From: Candidatus Delongbacteria bacterium | GTDB lineage: Bacteria > UBA4055 | Assembly: GCA_003477045.1 (NCBI GenBank) | Contig: DMTS01000056.1 | Coordinates: forward strand, 41,378-105,377 | Length of the DNA stretch: 64,000 nt | Direction: 5' to 3' | Part shown: positions 9,703 to 19,632 of the stretch, piece after piece | How positions within the stretch are numbered: the first letter of the stretch is position 1 | How the letters are laid out: each line of letters begins with the position of its first letter | Notes under the pieces: generated by a model | What the model saw: the letters and a program-made list of their open reading frames with translations, nothing else | The model's database searches: none | Told to the model about the DNA's origin: nothing | Translations under genes and position numbers: made by a program

Positions 9703-11316
9703 ATGCTGCGTTTGAACGAAATTAAGCTTCCGGTCAGCCACACAGAAAATGATCTTGAAGCAGAGATAGTTAAAAGGCTTAAGTTAAAAAATTCAGATAT
9801 AATAAATTATAGAATTTTTAAAAGAAGTTACGATGCGAGAAAAAAGGATAATGTCATTTTTGTATATTCAGTTGATGCGGAGATCGTAAATGAAAGCAGG
9901 ATAATATCGAATCTGAAAAAGTACAAAAATGTAAGAATTACTCCGGATATGGGTTATAAATTTCAGATAAAAGCCGATGAAAAACTTGCTGAACGGCCTG
10001 TTATTGTAGGCACAGGTCCGTGCGGACTGTTTGCGGCACTGATACTTGCTCAAAACGGGTTCAGGCCTGTACTAATCGAGAGAGGTAAGGCTGTAAAGGA
10101 AAGAAGCCTTGATACTTTCGGGTTCTGGAAGAACGGTATTTTCAATCCGGGTTCCAACGTACAGTTTGGAGAAGGCGGCGCGGGAACATTTTCAGACGGG
10201 AAACTGAATACGCAGATCAAGGATCATGGACATTATGGGAGAAAAGTGCTTCAGGAGCTCGTCCACGCGGGCGCTCCCGAAGAGATACTTCATATAAGCA
10301 AACCTCATGTCGGTACATTCAGACTCGTAAAAATAGTGGAAAATATAAGGAATACCATTGTTTCACTCGGAGGCGAATTTAGATTTGAAAGAAGGGCTGA
10401 TGATATTTTAATAGAAGAAAACAAAATTAAAGGTGTTTTACTTAGCAACGGAGAAATCTTAAAATCGGAGCACATTATTTTTGCGATCGGGCACAGTGCA
10501 AGGGACACTTTCAGAATGCTTCGTAATAAAGGTGTTTCAATTGAGCCGAAACCATTTTCAATAGGGTTCAGGATCGAACACCCTCAGGAATTGATAAATA
10601 AAAGCAGACTCGGTGATTATTCAGCGGACAGTAGGATAGGAGCAGCAGATTATAAGCTGGTTCATCACTGTACTAACGGAAGAAGCGTGTACAGCTTCTG
10701 CATGTGTCCGGGAGGAAGAGTTGTGGCGGCCACATCTGAGGAAGGATGCGTTGTGACAAACGGAATGAGCCAGTATTCAAGGGATGAACAGAACGCCAAC
10801 AGCGCAATAGTTGTTGGAGTGGATCCGAAAGACTACCCTGATGGAGTTCTCGGAGGCATGGAATTTCAGGAACAGCTTGAAAAACAGGCCTATATTTTAG
10901 GCGGAAGCAATTATTATGCTCCGGCTCAGCTTGTCGGAAATTTTCTTGAAGGAAAACCATCTGAAGCTGAAGGATCGGTACATCCGTCATATCAGCCGGG
11001 TGTGAAATTCACAGATCTTGGTTCAGCTTTACCGGAGTTTGCGGTCAGAGCCATTCGGGAAGCCATTCCTTTTTTCGATAAGCAGATCAACGGCTTTGCG
11101 ATGAAAGACGCAGTTTTAACGGGAGTGGAAACAAGGACATCATCTCCTGTTAGAATAGTCAGGGGAGAGGACTTTCAAAGTGTGAATGTCAAGGGCTTGT
11201 ACCCGGGAGGTGAAGGCGCGGGCTACGCTGGAGGTATTATTTCAGCAGCGATCGACGGAATTAAGATCGCGGAAGCGGTAGCAATAGATATTATGAATAA
11301 GGGGAATAAGGATTGA
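9703..11316 (+). CDS. FAD-dependent oxidoreductase of the COG2509 'NAD(FAD)-utilizing dehydrogenase' family
   Basis: ATG at 9703 follows GGGGA. The dinucleotide-binding motif IVGTGPCGLFAALILAQNG is present, followed by GEGGAGTFSDGKLNTQIKD and a C-terminal domain typical of this uncharacterised FAD family. Confidence 0.7.
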   Translation: MLRLNEIKLPVSHTENDLEAEIVKRLKLKNSDIINYRIFKRSYDARKKDNVIFVYSVDAEIVNESRIISNLKKYKNVRITPDMGYKFQIKADEKLAERPVIVGTGPCGLFAALILAQNGFRPVLIERGKAVKERSLDTFGFWKNGIFNPGSNVQFGEGGAGTFSDGKLNTQIKDHGHYGRKVLQELVHAGAPEEILHISKPHVGTFRLVKIVENIRNTIVSLGGEFRFERRADDILIEENKIKGVLLSNGEILKSEHIIFAIGHSARDTFRMLRNKGVSIEPKPFSIGFRIEHPQELINKSRLGDYSADSRIGAADYKLVHHCTNGRSVYSFCMCPGGRVVAATSEEGCVVTNGMSQYSRDEQNANSAIVVGVDPKDYPDGVLGGMEFQEQLEKQAYILGGSNYYAPAQLVGNFLEGKPSEAEGSVHPSYQPGVKFTDLGSALPEFAVRAIREAIPFFDKQINGFAMKDAVLTGVETRTSSPVRIVRGEDFQSVNVKGLYPGGEGAGYAGGIISAAIDGIKIAEAVAIDIMNKGNKD

Positions 11317-11879
11317 AATATAGAATAATACCTTCAGTCGAATTTAAAACGGTACCGTGGAAGAACGGTAAAGGTATCACGAAAGAACTTTATGTCAGGT
11401 ACGAAAAGGAGAGAAGCGAATTTATTTTCAGGCTCAGTATAGCTGGGGTAACAGAGAACGGACCTTTTTCAGATTTTTCGGGATACAATAGAGTTCTGAT
11501 GATGCTTGAAGGCAATGGGATCAGACTTGAACATTCAGACGGGACCATAAATGAAATAAAGAGTTATTCAGATATGGCGATATTTTCCGGAGACCTGAAA
11601 ACTGAGGTGATTCTTAAAGAAGGGCCGATCAAAGATTTTAATGTAATGACTTTAAAAGAAGTATGCAGTTCAGAAGTAATAGCGATCAACGGGGAAGTTG
11701 TGTTCACAGAAAGCTCGGGAGAACTTTTCATTCTTTGCTGCGGAGATTATGTTCAGGTAGAATCAATAGAAAAGAAAGTGATAATCGAGCATTATCATCT
11801 TCTGCACATAACTGAAATTATCTCAGGATCAATCAGGGTCAAAGGAGATGCGATTGCAGTTAGGATTATCTATCAATAA
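11313..11879 (+). CDS. hutD: HutD/Ves-family protein
   Basis: The TTG start overlaps the upstream stop (TTGA). The conserved PWKNGKGITKEL block (W-x-NG-G-G-T-x-E) of the HutD family is present. Confidence 0.55.
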   Translation: MKYRIIPSVEFKTVPWKNGKGITKELYVRYEKERSEFIFRLSIAGVTENGPFSDFSGYNRVLMMLEGNGIRLEHSDGTINEIKSYSDMAIFSGDLKTEVILKEGPIKDFNVMTLKEVCSSEVIAINGEVVFTESSGELFILCCGDYVQVESIEKKVIIEHYHLLHITEIISGSIRVKGDAIAVRIIYQ

Positions 11880-11898
11880 AATAGCCCGGCTCAGCCGG
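11872..11898. terminator. bidirectional rho-independent terminator between hutD (+) and ahcY (-)
   Basis: The GC-rich 7-bp stem agcccgg/ccgggct with loop ctcag is flanked by a T-run on the + strand (ttttcttt) and an A-run on the other side, which reads as T-rich on the - strand. Confidence 0.65.
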
Positions 11899-11907
11899 GC
11901 TTTTTCT

Positions 11908-13329
11908 TTAGTATCGGTAATGTTCCGCCTTATAAGGACCTTCGGAAGGAACTCCGATATAATCAGCCTGATCCTTCGAAAGTTTTGTAAGCTTCACACC
12001 GATCTTTTCAAGATGCAGCCTTGCAACTTCTTCGTCAGCTTTCTTAGAGAGTCTGTAAACGCCTATTTTATATTTATTCTTCCAGAGATCCATCTGAGCC
12101 AGCACCTGATTCGAGAAGGAGTTACTCATAACGAAAGATGGATGCCCGGTAGCGCAGCCGAGATTCACCAGCCTGCCTTCAGCAAGAAGGAATATTTCGT
12201 GTCCGTCTTTGAAAGTATATTTGTCAACCTGCGGTTTTATATTCAGTTTCTTTTTAAGCAGTTTGCTGTTTTCAAGCTTGCCAACCTGTATCTCGTTGTC
12301 AAAGTGACCGATATTGCAGACTATAGCCTGATCTTTCATTTTGAGCATATGATCAATAGTTATCACATCTTTATTTCCTGTTGTTGTAACATAAAGATCT
12401 CCCTTTCCAAGCGTGTCCTCTACTGTTGTAACTTCATAGCCTTCCATTGCGGCCTGTAGAGCGCAGATGGGATCGATCTCGGTAACTATCACTCTCGCAC
12501 CGTAATTTCTTAAAGATCTGGCTGAGCCTTTACCTACATCGCCGTATCCGCAAACGACAGCCACTTTACCGGCGAGCATAACATCCGTTGCTCTTTTGAT
12601 GCCGTCCGGAAGTGATTCTCTGCAACCGTAAAGGTTATCGAATTTGGATTTCGTTACTGAATCGTTCACATTTATCGCAGGAATAAGAAGTTCTTTATTT
12701 TCATGCATTTTATAGAGCCTGTGAACGCCTGTAGTAGTTTCTTCGGAAACTCCTTTTAGGTCTTTCATACATCTGTGCCATTTGTCTTTATCTTCAGCAA
12801 GCATCAGTTTTAATGATTTTAAAAGCGCTTTTCCGTCAGAGCTCGTATCTTTTATATCGAGCAGTTTAGGGTTCTTTTCGGCATAATATCCTTTATGTGC
12901 GATCAGAGTCGCATCACCACCGTCATCAACTATAAGCTGAGGCCCTTTTCCTCCGGGAAAAGACAATGACTGAGCTGTGCACCACCAGAACTCATCCAGC
13001 GTTTCGCCCTTCCATGCGAAAACAGGCACTCCGGCCTTAGCTATTGCGGCTGCAGCGTGGTCCTGCGTTGAAAATATATTGCAGCTAGACCATCTTACGA
13101 TCGCTCCGAGGTCAACGAGAGTCTCTATCAGAACTGCAGTCTGGATAGTCATGTGTAACGAGCCAGTAATCCTTACACCTTTCAGTGGCTTTTTTGGCGC
13201 GTATTCTTTTCTTATCGACATCAAACCCGGCATTTCTTTTTCGGCTATGTCGATTTCTTTTCTACCGAATTCCGCAAGGCTGATATCCTTAACTTTATAC
13301 GGCATTTTTTCATCAATGTACTTTTTCAT
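11908..13329 (-). CDS. ahcY: adenosylhomocysteinase (S-adenosyl-L-homocysteine hydrolase)
   Basis: The 473-aa protein has [33 protein letters not shown], the NAD-binding [12 protein letters not shown] and a C-terminal [10 protein letters not shown]. Similarity to SAH hydrolase runs end to end. Confidence 0.95.
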   Translation of the reverse strand: MKKYIDEKMPYKVKDISLAEFGRKEIDIAEKEMPGLMSIRKEYAPKKPLKGVRITGSLHMTIQTAVLIETLVDLGAIVRWSSCNIFSTQDHAAAAIAKAGVPVFAWKGETLDEFWWCTAQSLSFPGGKGPQLIVDDGGDATLIAHKGYYAEKNPKLLDIKDTSSDGKALLKSLKLMLAEDKDKWHRCMKDLKGVSEETTTGVHRLYKMHENKELLIPAINVNDSVTKSKFDNLYGCRESLPDGIKRATDVMLAGKVAVVCGYGDVGKGSARSLRNYGARVIVTEIDPICALQAAMEGYEVTTVEDTLGKGDLYVTTTGNKDVITIDHMLKMKDQAIVCNIGHFDNEIQVGKLENSKLLKKKLNIKPQVDKYTFKDGHEIFLLAEGRLVNLGCATGHPSFVMSNSFSNQVLAQMDLWKNKYKIGVYRLSKKADEEVARLHLEKIGVKLTKLSKDQADYIGVPSEGPYKAEHYRY

Positions 13330-13346
13330 TATATATCTCCACAGTA

Positions 13347-14246
13347 TTATTTTTTTCCACGCACAAGAACGATCTCCCTTAAGGGAATATGGAACGGTGT
13401 TCTTGTTGTCACAAATGTAAAATAAATTTTCTTTTCCGTAAACACTTTTTTGAATTTATTTATGTGTTCATCATAGATCTCTTTATACTTTTTCTTTAAG
13501 AGAGCTGTTTTAACTATCAGATTCTCATTCGTTTCAGAGTCGATCATGTTCAGATGATCACCGAGCTGAAGGTTGTATTCGTCATCATCCGCTATCATAA
13601 AAACAATTATGTCCTGTTGCCTTTTTTGAAGAGTTAATATCCTGCTTATAAGCTTGTCGCTCTCTTCCAAAAGATCTGATAATATGACGAGTATTCCGGA
13701 TTTGTGCAGCTTCATGCTGATCTCATCAAATGAGGCATAGGTTTCATGCGTATTAAAGACTTCATCATTCTCAATATTGATAAGTATATTTTTCAAATGC
13801 TGTTTGGATGATCTCTGCGGAATATATTCTTTGAGCGTATCTGCATAATTACCGAACCCGACGGCGTCTTTCTGATTTATCAGGATCGTTGATATAGCCG
13901 CTGCAAGCTGCTTTCCGTAATCGAGCTTCGAATACTGGAATTTTTCAGACCTGAAGCTCATTGAAGCTGATCTGTCGAGAAAAATATTCGCATAAATATT
14001 GGTTTCATCTTCAAACTGCTTAAGAAAGTATTTTTCAGTTCTGCCGAATATTTTCCAGTCAACGAACCTTGTTGAATCACCGTCGTTATACTGCTTATGT
14101 TCGGAAAATTCCGCGGAAAAGCCTTTCATCGGACTAGAATGAATTCCAAGCATAAAACCTTTCAGCACCATTCTTGTCGTCAGGCTCAGGTTCGAAAAAG
14201 TGGAAACGAATGCGGGATCCAGATATTTTTTATAATCTTCCTTCAT
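13347..14246 (-). CDS. DUF58 domain protein (vWA-like; normally the partner of the MoxR AAA+ ATPase)
   Basis: The DUF58 signature is [40 protein letters not shown] (G-x-G-x-EF...Y..GDD-R-IDWK...R). No MoxR/BatA partners are adjacent. Confidence 0.7.
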   Translation of the reverse strand: MKEDYKKYLDPAFVSTFSNLSLTTRMVLKGFMLGIHSSPMKGFSAEFSEHKQYNDGDSTRFVDWKIFGRTEKYFLKQFEDETNIYANIFLDRSASMSFRSEKFQYSKLDYGKQLAAAISTILINQKDAVGFGNYADTLKEYIPQRSSKQHLKNILINIENDEVFNTHETYASFDEISMKLHKSGILVILSDLLEESDKLISRILTLQKRQQDIIVFMIADDDEYNLQLGDHLNMIDSETNENLIVKTALLKKKYKEIYDEHINKFKKVFTEKKIYFTFVTTRTPFHIPLREIVLVRGKK

Positions 14247-14377
14247 AGACCGTAAAGGTATGAAAAAAAGAACGGATTCTCAAATGAAATGAAAGATATT
14301 ATTTTCATAATTTTTTAATTAGCAATTCAATTTGAAATTCAGTATATTCCGTGGTGAAAATTCCGTTGGAGGATTTA

Positions 14378-14860
14378 GTGAAAAAACTTATTGTGTTTTA
14401 TTCATTTGACGGCAATACAAAGCTGATCGCGGAAAATATAGCTGACGAGATAGGAGCGGATCTGCTTGAACTTAAACCAGTGAAAGAGATCACGAGAAAT
14501 AATTTTATGAAAATATTTGCTGGAGGTAAGCAGGCTATGACAAAAGCGGAACCTGAACTGCTGCCGTTCAGCATAAAACCAGAGGATTATGATCTTATAT
14601 TTATAGGAACTCCCGTCTGGGCATGGACTTATGCTCCTGCTTTAAGGACATTTTTCAAACAGGTTAAACTGGTAAATAAAAAAATTGCGCTGTTCTGCTG
14701 TCACGGCGGCAGACCCCGAAACTTTTTCGAAAAATTTGAAGAAGCCGTTACAGGAAATACAATAGTAGGGAAGATCGAGTTTAAGGATCCTATCAGGAAT
14801 CAACAAGATAGAGATGTTCAGATAGCGAGGGATTGGGCAAAACTAATTATAGGGATATGA
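14378..14860 (+). CDS. flavodoxin-family protein
   Basis: GTG at 14378 lies 6 nt after the SD GGAGG and gives (M)KKLIVFYSFDGNTKLIAENIADEIGADL, the flavodoxin FMN-binding N-terminal loop. A later block is FIGTPVWAW. The track start at 14351 is also GTG but lacks an SD. Confidence 0.7.
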   Translation: MKKLIVFYSFDGNTKLIAENIADEIGADLLELKPVKEITRNNFMKIFAGGKQAMTKAEPELLPFSIKPEDYDLIFIGTPVWAWTYAPALRTFFKQVKLVNKKIALFCCHGGRPRNFFEKFEEAVTGNTIVGKIEFKDPIRNQQDRDVQIARDWAKLIIGI

Positions 14861-14861
14861 T

Positions 14862-16250
14862 ATGTGCGGAGTAGTAGGAGTATTCAATTCTGATGACGCG
14901 GCGTTCGATACGATGCTGGGTCTTTTTGCGATACAGAACAGGGGACAGGAGAGCTGCGGTCTTGCGGTAAGTAACGGAATGCAGATCAAGCAGATAAGAG
15001 GACTGGGCCTTGTTAAGGATAATCTTACAGAAAATGTTCTCAAAGAGTTTCCCGGCAGAATAGCTGTCGGTCATGTAAGATATCCCACCCGCGGCACTAG
15101 CGACGTTAATAACTCTCAGCCTCATGTGATAGAAACGCTTGAAGGCACTATATTCGCGCTTGCAAGCAACGGCGATATAACTAATTATAAAACTCTGACG
15201 GATGAACTCAAACTTGAAAAAGTAAATTTCAACAGCGGCAATGACGGCGAGCTTTTGCTCAGGTTCATCGTCTGGCACCATATTGTAAAACAGGTGCCGA
15301 TAGTCGAATGCTTAAAAATGGTCATGCAGAAGTTCAAAGGAGCATTCTCAACTGTGCTTATCGGAAGGAACGAGATCTGGGGATTCAGAGACCCGTACGG
15401 CGTAAGACCGTTCTCTTTCGGTAAAACTGAAACCGGATATGCATTCGCTTCAGAATCAAAAGGACTTGATATATTAAGATGCGAAAATATAGAAGAAGTG
15501 AACCCCGGCGAAGTAATACACGTTTACGGAGACAACCAGGTTGAAAGATTCAACTTTGGATGCCCCGAAATGAGGAACGGCAGAAAAGGTCACGCACACT
15601 GCGTATTTGAACCTGTATATTTCTCGATGCCCGACAGTAAACAGTTCGGAATATGCGTTTATGAAGCGAGAAAGAAGATGGGCCAGGCTCTTGCAAAATA
15701 CGATAATGACCTGGAAGCCGATGTCGTTGTAGCAGTGCCCGATTCATCGAATATTCAGGCTCTCGGTTATGCGCAGGCGAGAAACATTCCTTTTGAAATG
15801 TCTCTTATCAGAAACCACTATGTGGGAAGAACTTTTATAAAGCCGGATCAGCGGGGAAGAGATGAAAGCGTAAAGCAGAAATTCAATCCCGTTATCTCAA
15901 CGCTTAAAGGTAAAAGAGTCGTTCTTGTTGATGATTCGATCGTAAGAGGCACGACGATGCGAAAGATAGCCGGAATGCTCTGGAACGCGGGAGTAGCTGA
16001 GATACATCTAAGAATAGCCTCACCGCCGGTAAAATTTCCATGTTTCTATGGTCTTGACACAAATACAAAAGATGAACTTATGGCGAACAGGATGGCTTTT
16101 GAAGACATGCCCGGTTTTCTTAAAGTAAATTCGCTTAAATACCTGAAGCAGGAAGATCTTTCGGAGTGCGTAAGCAACACGAACGATAATTTCTGTTTCG
16201 CATGCTTTGACGGCAATTATCCTATCGAGCTTGTGGATGTCAGTTTTTAA
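14862..16250 (+). CDS. purF: amidophosphoribosyltransferase
   Basis: The N-terminal nucleophile MCGVVGVF is class II glutamine amidotransferase. The PRTase motif VVLVDDSIVRGTT is present, as are the C-terminal Cys residues (CFYG...C). Confidence 0.95.
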   Translation: MCGVVGVFNSDDAAFDTMLGLFAIQNRGQESCGLAVSNGMQIKQIRGLGLVKDNLTENVLKEFPGRIAVGHVRYPTRGTSDVNNSQPHVIETLEGTIFALASNGDITNYKTLTDELKLEKVNFNSGNDGELLLRFIVWHHIVKQVPIVECLKMVMQKFKGAFSTVLIGRNEIWGFRDPYGVRPFSFGKTETGYAFASESKGLDILRCENIEEVNPGEVIHVYGDNQVERFNFGCPEMRNGRKGHAHCVFEPVYFSMPDSKQFGICVYEARKKMGQALAKYDNDLEADVVVAVPDSSNIQALGYAQARNIPFEMSLIRNHYVGRTFIKPDQRGRDESVKQKFNPVISTLKGKRVVLVDDSIVRGTTMRKIAGMLWNAGVAEIHLRIASPPVKFPCFYGLDTNTKDELMANRMAFEDMPGFLKVNSLKYLKQEDLSECVSNTNDNFCFACFDGNYPIELVDVSF

Positions 16251-16262
16251 AACGGGAAGTAC

Positions 16263-17534
16263 ATGTTTTATAGAATGATCATAATTCTATTATTTTTGTC
16301 CGCAGGATTGTTCTCTGCGGATTTTTTTTCTTATTATGCTGATTTCACTCAAAAGCTCTATCAGGACAAAAAAATTGTATATGAAAGCTCTATCAGGTCA
16401 AACGGCTGGGACAGAATATTCAGCCTGTATATAAAACTATATGAATTCAGGCTTCAGAAACCGGCGGATGTTGACAAACTTTATAGCGACATAGATGATG
16501 TAATCGAAGATATTGATGATAATGTTTTAAAAGGCTTAACTTCTTATGAAAAAGAATTCCTGACAGCTTCGTTACATGGAAGTCTGGCTTATATAAAATC
16601 ATCTGATCCTTCTTTCGGCATGTTCAGGAACATACGAAAATCGAAGAATAAGTTCGAAGAATTGAATAAAAAGTATAAAACTGCGGACACAGCCTTCGGT
16701 TCAGCTTTAACAGAGATAGCGCTCGGCATGTATTTTCAGAACAGTTTCTGGGTTAATTCAATTCTGGGTTATAACGGGAATATTTTGAAGGGTCAAAAAG
16801 AACTTGATTTAATAGCTTTCAACGGAAATATTACAAAGATTGAAGCTAATTTGTTTTTGATAGAGTATTTCGGCATGATCCTGAAAGATCACAATTCAGC
16901 TATAAAGTATTCCAAAAATCTGTGCGATTCATATCATGGATCCAAGTATTTTAAATATCTTTACGCATGGGATCTTTTTCATACCGGAAAAATTCAACAA
17001 GCTTACCTGCTTTTTAAAGATATAAACAGCAACATTTCAAACAGGTTTTATGCATATCAGTATGAATCAATAATTTATGAAGCTAAATGTCTTTATCTGA
17101 CCGGAAAAGGATCAGATGCGGATGAAGTCATTTCGTATGCCTCAAAAATACACGACGGTTATATCATTCAGAAATTCAAAAACGAGTGGAGGTCTTCAGT
17201 CAAATTAAGGCAGGAAGCTATTTTCAGACCTCAATATGCCGGCGGCATAAATCTTAAGCTTTCGGATGATGAGCTTAAAAGAACTGCAGATGTTTATTTC
17301 GATCACGGGTTCTTCAGGGAAACGGTACTTTTGGCGGAAGGCATTAAAAAAACTGATCCGGAAATTCTTGTCCTAAGATTCAGAACTGCCGTTATCATGC
17401 AGGACTGGAAAAAGGCTGATAGGCTTTATAATGAGATCGATTCCGGATTTGAAGAATTTTTGGACTCTCATCCTGACAGAACAAGACTTGAGGTTATGAA
17501 GAATATTGTTTCAAATCATTTAGATTTATTTTGA
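16263..17534 (+). CDS. hypothetical secreted protein
   Basis: It has the signal peptide MFYRMIIILLFLSAGLFSA and is alpha-helical-looking. I recognised no motif. Confidence 0.4.
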   Translation: MFYRMIIILLFLSAGLFSADFFSYYADFTQKLYQDKKIVYESSIRSNGWDRIFSLYIKLYEFRLQKPADVDKLYSDIDDVIEDIDDNVLKGLTSYEKEFLTASLHGSLAYIKSSDPSFGMFRNIRKSKNKFEELNKKYKTADTAFGSALTEIALGMYFQNSFWVNSILGYNGNILKGQKELDLIAFNGNITKIEANLFLIEYFGMILKDHNSAIKYSKNLCDSYHGSKYFKYLYAWDLFHTGKIQQAYLLFKDINSNISNRFYAYQYESIIYEAKCLYLTGKGSDADEVISYASKIHDGYIIQKFKNEWRSSVKLRQEAIFRPQYAGGINLKLSDDELKRTADVYFDHGFFRETVLLAEGIKKTDPEILVLRFRTAVIMQDWKKADRLYNEIDSGFEEFLDSHPDRTRLEVMKNIVSNHLDLF

Positions 17535-17586
17535 TTGAAAATCAGTAATCCGGAGTTATATTTCTATAAATTAAACGGAGAGGAAA

Positions 17587-17922
17587 ATGAACGATTTCGA
17601 TAAATTGAAAAGCCTTCTTTCTGAAGTCAGGACCGTTAAAATCGGACTGGAAAAAGACATAGCTAAGATTAATGAGTTGTACGAAACTTTCGAAGATATG
17701 AATTTTGACTGCGATGAAGAGCTCGAAGAGATAGACGAAAGGCTCGAAGAACTTCAGGACGATCTAGATGACGGCGAAGGGGACGAAAAGGAAATTAATA
17801 GTGAGATCGAAACACTGAAAAAGAACAGGGTAATGGTGGAAGAGGCTGTAGATATACTTGAACAGCTTCAGGAAGAGTTTGAAAGTATCGCAGAGATAAA
17901 CGACGAACTCGATATCGGTTGA
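17587..17922 (+). CDS. small highly acidic coiled-coil protein (hypothetical)
   Basis: The 111-aa protein has roughly 40% D+E (EELEEIDERLEELQDDLDDGEGDEKE). Its stop overlaps the start of the L,D-transpeptidase-domain gene by 4 bp. Confidence 0.4.
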   Translation: MNDFDKLKSLLSEVRTVKIGLEKDIAKINELYETFEDMNFDCDEELEEIDERLEELQDDLDDGEGDEKEINSEIETLKKNRVMVEEAVDILEQLQEEFESIAEINDELDIG

Positions 17923-18374
17923 TAAAAATGATGATCGATATATCAATTACAGAACAGAAACTGGTCTTCACTCATAGAAGTGTCAGGTTGATATTTCCGG
18001 TATCTACATCTAAGCACGGCGAAGGCTTCAAAGAAGGCAGCAACAAAACTCCTTTGGGAATGCACGAGGTTTGTGAAAAAATAGGCATCAGAGCCGAATC
18101 GGGAACGGTGTTCAAGGACAGGGTGAAAACAGAAAAGATAGCAGTTATAAACGGAGAAAATACTGATCTGATAACTTCACGGATCCTCAGATTAAAAGGT
18201 CTTCAGGTCAGAAACGCAAATACTTTCGAAAGGTATATTTATATACACGGTACGAATGACGAAAAAAATATCGGGGTAAAAGTATCTGCAGGTTGTGTAA
18301 GAATGAAGAACCGGGATATTATAGAATTGTTCGATCATGTAAAGATCGGGTGCAAAGTATATATACGCAGATAG
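17919..18374 (+). CDS. L,D-transpeptidase catalytic (YkuD) domain protein without a signal peptide
   Basis: The YkuD active-site block is YIYIHGTNDEKNIGVKVSAGCVRMKNRDIIELF (HG[ST]...S-x-GC[IV]R). No N-terminal hydrophobic segment is present. Confidence 0.75.
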   Translation: MIKMMIDISITEQKLVFTHRSVRLIFPVSTSKHGEGFKEGSNKTPLGMHEVCEKIGIRAESGTVFKDRVKTEKIAVINGENTDLITSRILRLKGLQVRNANTFERYIYIHGTNDEKNIGVKVSAGCVRMKNRDIIELFDHVKIGCKVYIRR

Positions 18375-18375
18375 A

Positions 18376-19632
18376 TCAGATCCCTGAAGGCTGGAAATTG
18401 TTCGCAATAACTTCGGCAGTCATATATGATATTTTTTCTTTCGTAAATCCAAAGAGTTCAGTTCCGATCCTGTTAAGAAAATCGATCTCAGCCTGAGTGA
18501 TATCATTGTCCGACAGTGCGATATTAATAAGGTAACTGAACATCATTTCAGCTTCCTGCTCTATTGAGCCGCGATTCTTTTTGGGATCAAGAAGGTTACT
18601 TATGGAATCATTAAAAATGTCGTTCACTTTTTGGCTGCCTATCATTTCGTCCAGAAACTGCTTCGGGAACAGAAGATAATTTGCCAATGTATCAATTATA
18701 GCACCGGATTCATCCCGAGTCATTTCCTTATCTATCTGGGACATAATAAGACCTGAAGAAGCTATGAATCTCATCCGGTGTACATCGGTTTCATTACCCA
18801 TAAAGAAAAATCTTTCAAGAATATTGGACATATTTTTTCTAAGCTTTTTGTCAGGATCGGTTTTTTGGTTGTTAACAGCCTTGTTGTAAACTTCTGACCG
18901 GCTGAAAATGTCAAGCGAGATTACTCTTAGAGACGGTATCGGATGAGAAATACTTTGTGCGGAAATTTCATTAATGTGAGTCTCAAGGTTAAGTTTATTC
19001 TGCCGGATAAATTCATCGAGGTCAAAATCGATAACATTTTTCGGAAGACCGGAAATTAATTTAAAGAAACTTGATATCGCTTTTTCTATATTTCTGTTGG
19101 CTAAGAGACCGAATCTGTCCGATGATAATTCGCAAAGCTTTTCCCAGAACGTGAATTTCTGCCTTAAAAGTAGGCTCGGTTCTTTATTCTGGAACAGAAA
19201 TCTCATCATCTGGCTTATTTTGTAGGTCTTTGTTACCAGATGACCTATCTCATGTCCGATGACGAATCTGAGTTCATCATCATCCATTTTATCTATTATA
19301 GTAGAATTCAGAGCTATCCTGTGCGGGTATTCTTTATAGTTGCTTGGAATTGCGAATGCGTTCATTTCTGGAGAATTCACAATAAAGAAATCGATATTGT
19401 CGGAGAACTGAAGCGTGTTTTTAACTTCATGGCAGAGGTCGTATAATTTAGGGGTCATTTCTTTAGTTATCTTGAAATTATAGCTGTCAAGGATTTTTGA
19501 ATAGCTGTCCGTTGCGTTAATCACTCGGGCATCGATAAGTAATTTAAGAATAATATTTCCGTGAATAAGCCTGTTTATCTCATCTCCGAATTTTTTCTCA
19601 AGATCGAGCCTTATGTGGTCATATTTAATCAT
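18376..19632 (-). CDS. M48-family-like zinc metallopeptidase with a C-terminal TerB-like domain, predicted cytoplasmic
   Basis: NSPEMNAFAIPS...LRFVIGHEIGHL (HExxH) is arranged as in M48/HtpX-type peptidases, and no TM helices are apparent. The C-terminal block DNDITQAEIDFLNRIGTELFGF resembles TerB/DjlA N-domain repeats. Confidence 0.55.
   Translation of the reverse strand: MIKYDHIRLDLEKKFGDEINRLIHGNIILKLLIDARVINATDSYSKILDSYNFKITKEMTPKLYDLCHEVKNTLQFSDNIDFFIVNSPEMNAFAIPSNYKEYPHRIALNSTIIDKMDDDELRFVIGHEIGHLVTKTYKISQMMRFLFQNKEPSLLLRQKFTFWEKLCELSSDRFGLLANRNIEKAISSFFKLISGLPKNVIDFDLDEFIRQNKLNLETHINEISAQSISHPIPSLRVISLDIFSRSEVYNKAVNNQKTDPDKKLRKNMSNILERFFFMGNETDVHRMRFIASSGLIMSQIDKEMTRDESGAIIDTLANYLLFPKQFLDEMIGSQKVNDIFNDSISNLLDPKKNRGSIEQEAEMMFSYLINIALSDNDITQAEIDFLNRIGTELFGFTKEKISYMTAEVIANNFQPSGI

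Noticed and set aside
1-11879. Possible hut operon (hutH at the left edge, hutD at 11.3 kb)
   Set aside because: The two are separated by about 10 kb of unrelated genes on different strands. No hutU, hutI or hutG is present in between, so this is not an operon in this window.
12977-13420. 147-aa + strand ORF
   Set aside because: It is antisense inside ahcY and DUF58, both of which are strongly supported. There is no start context.
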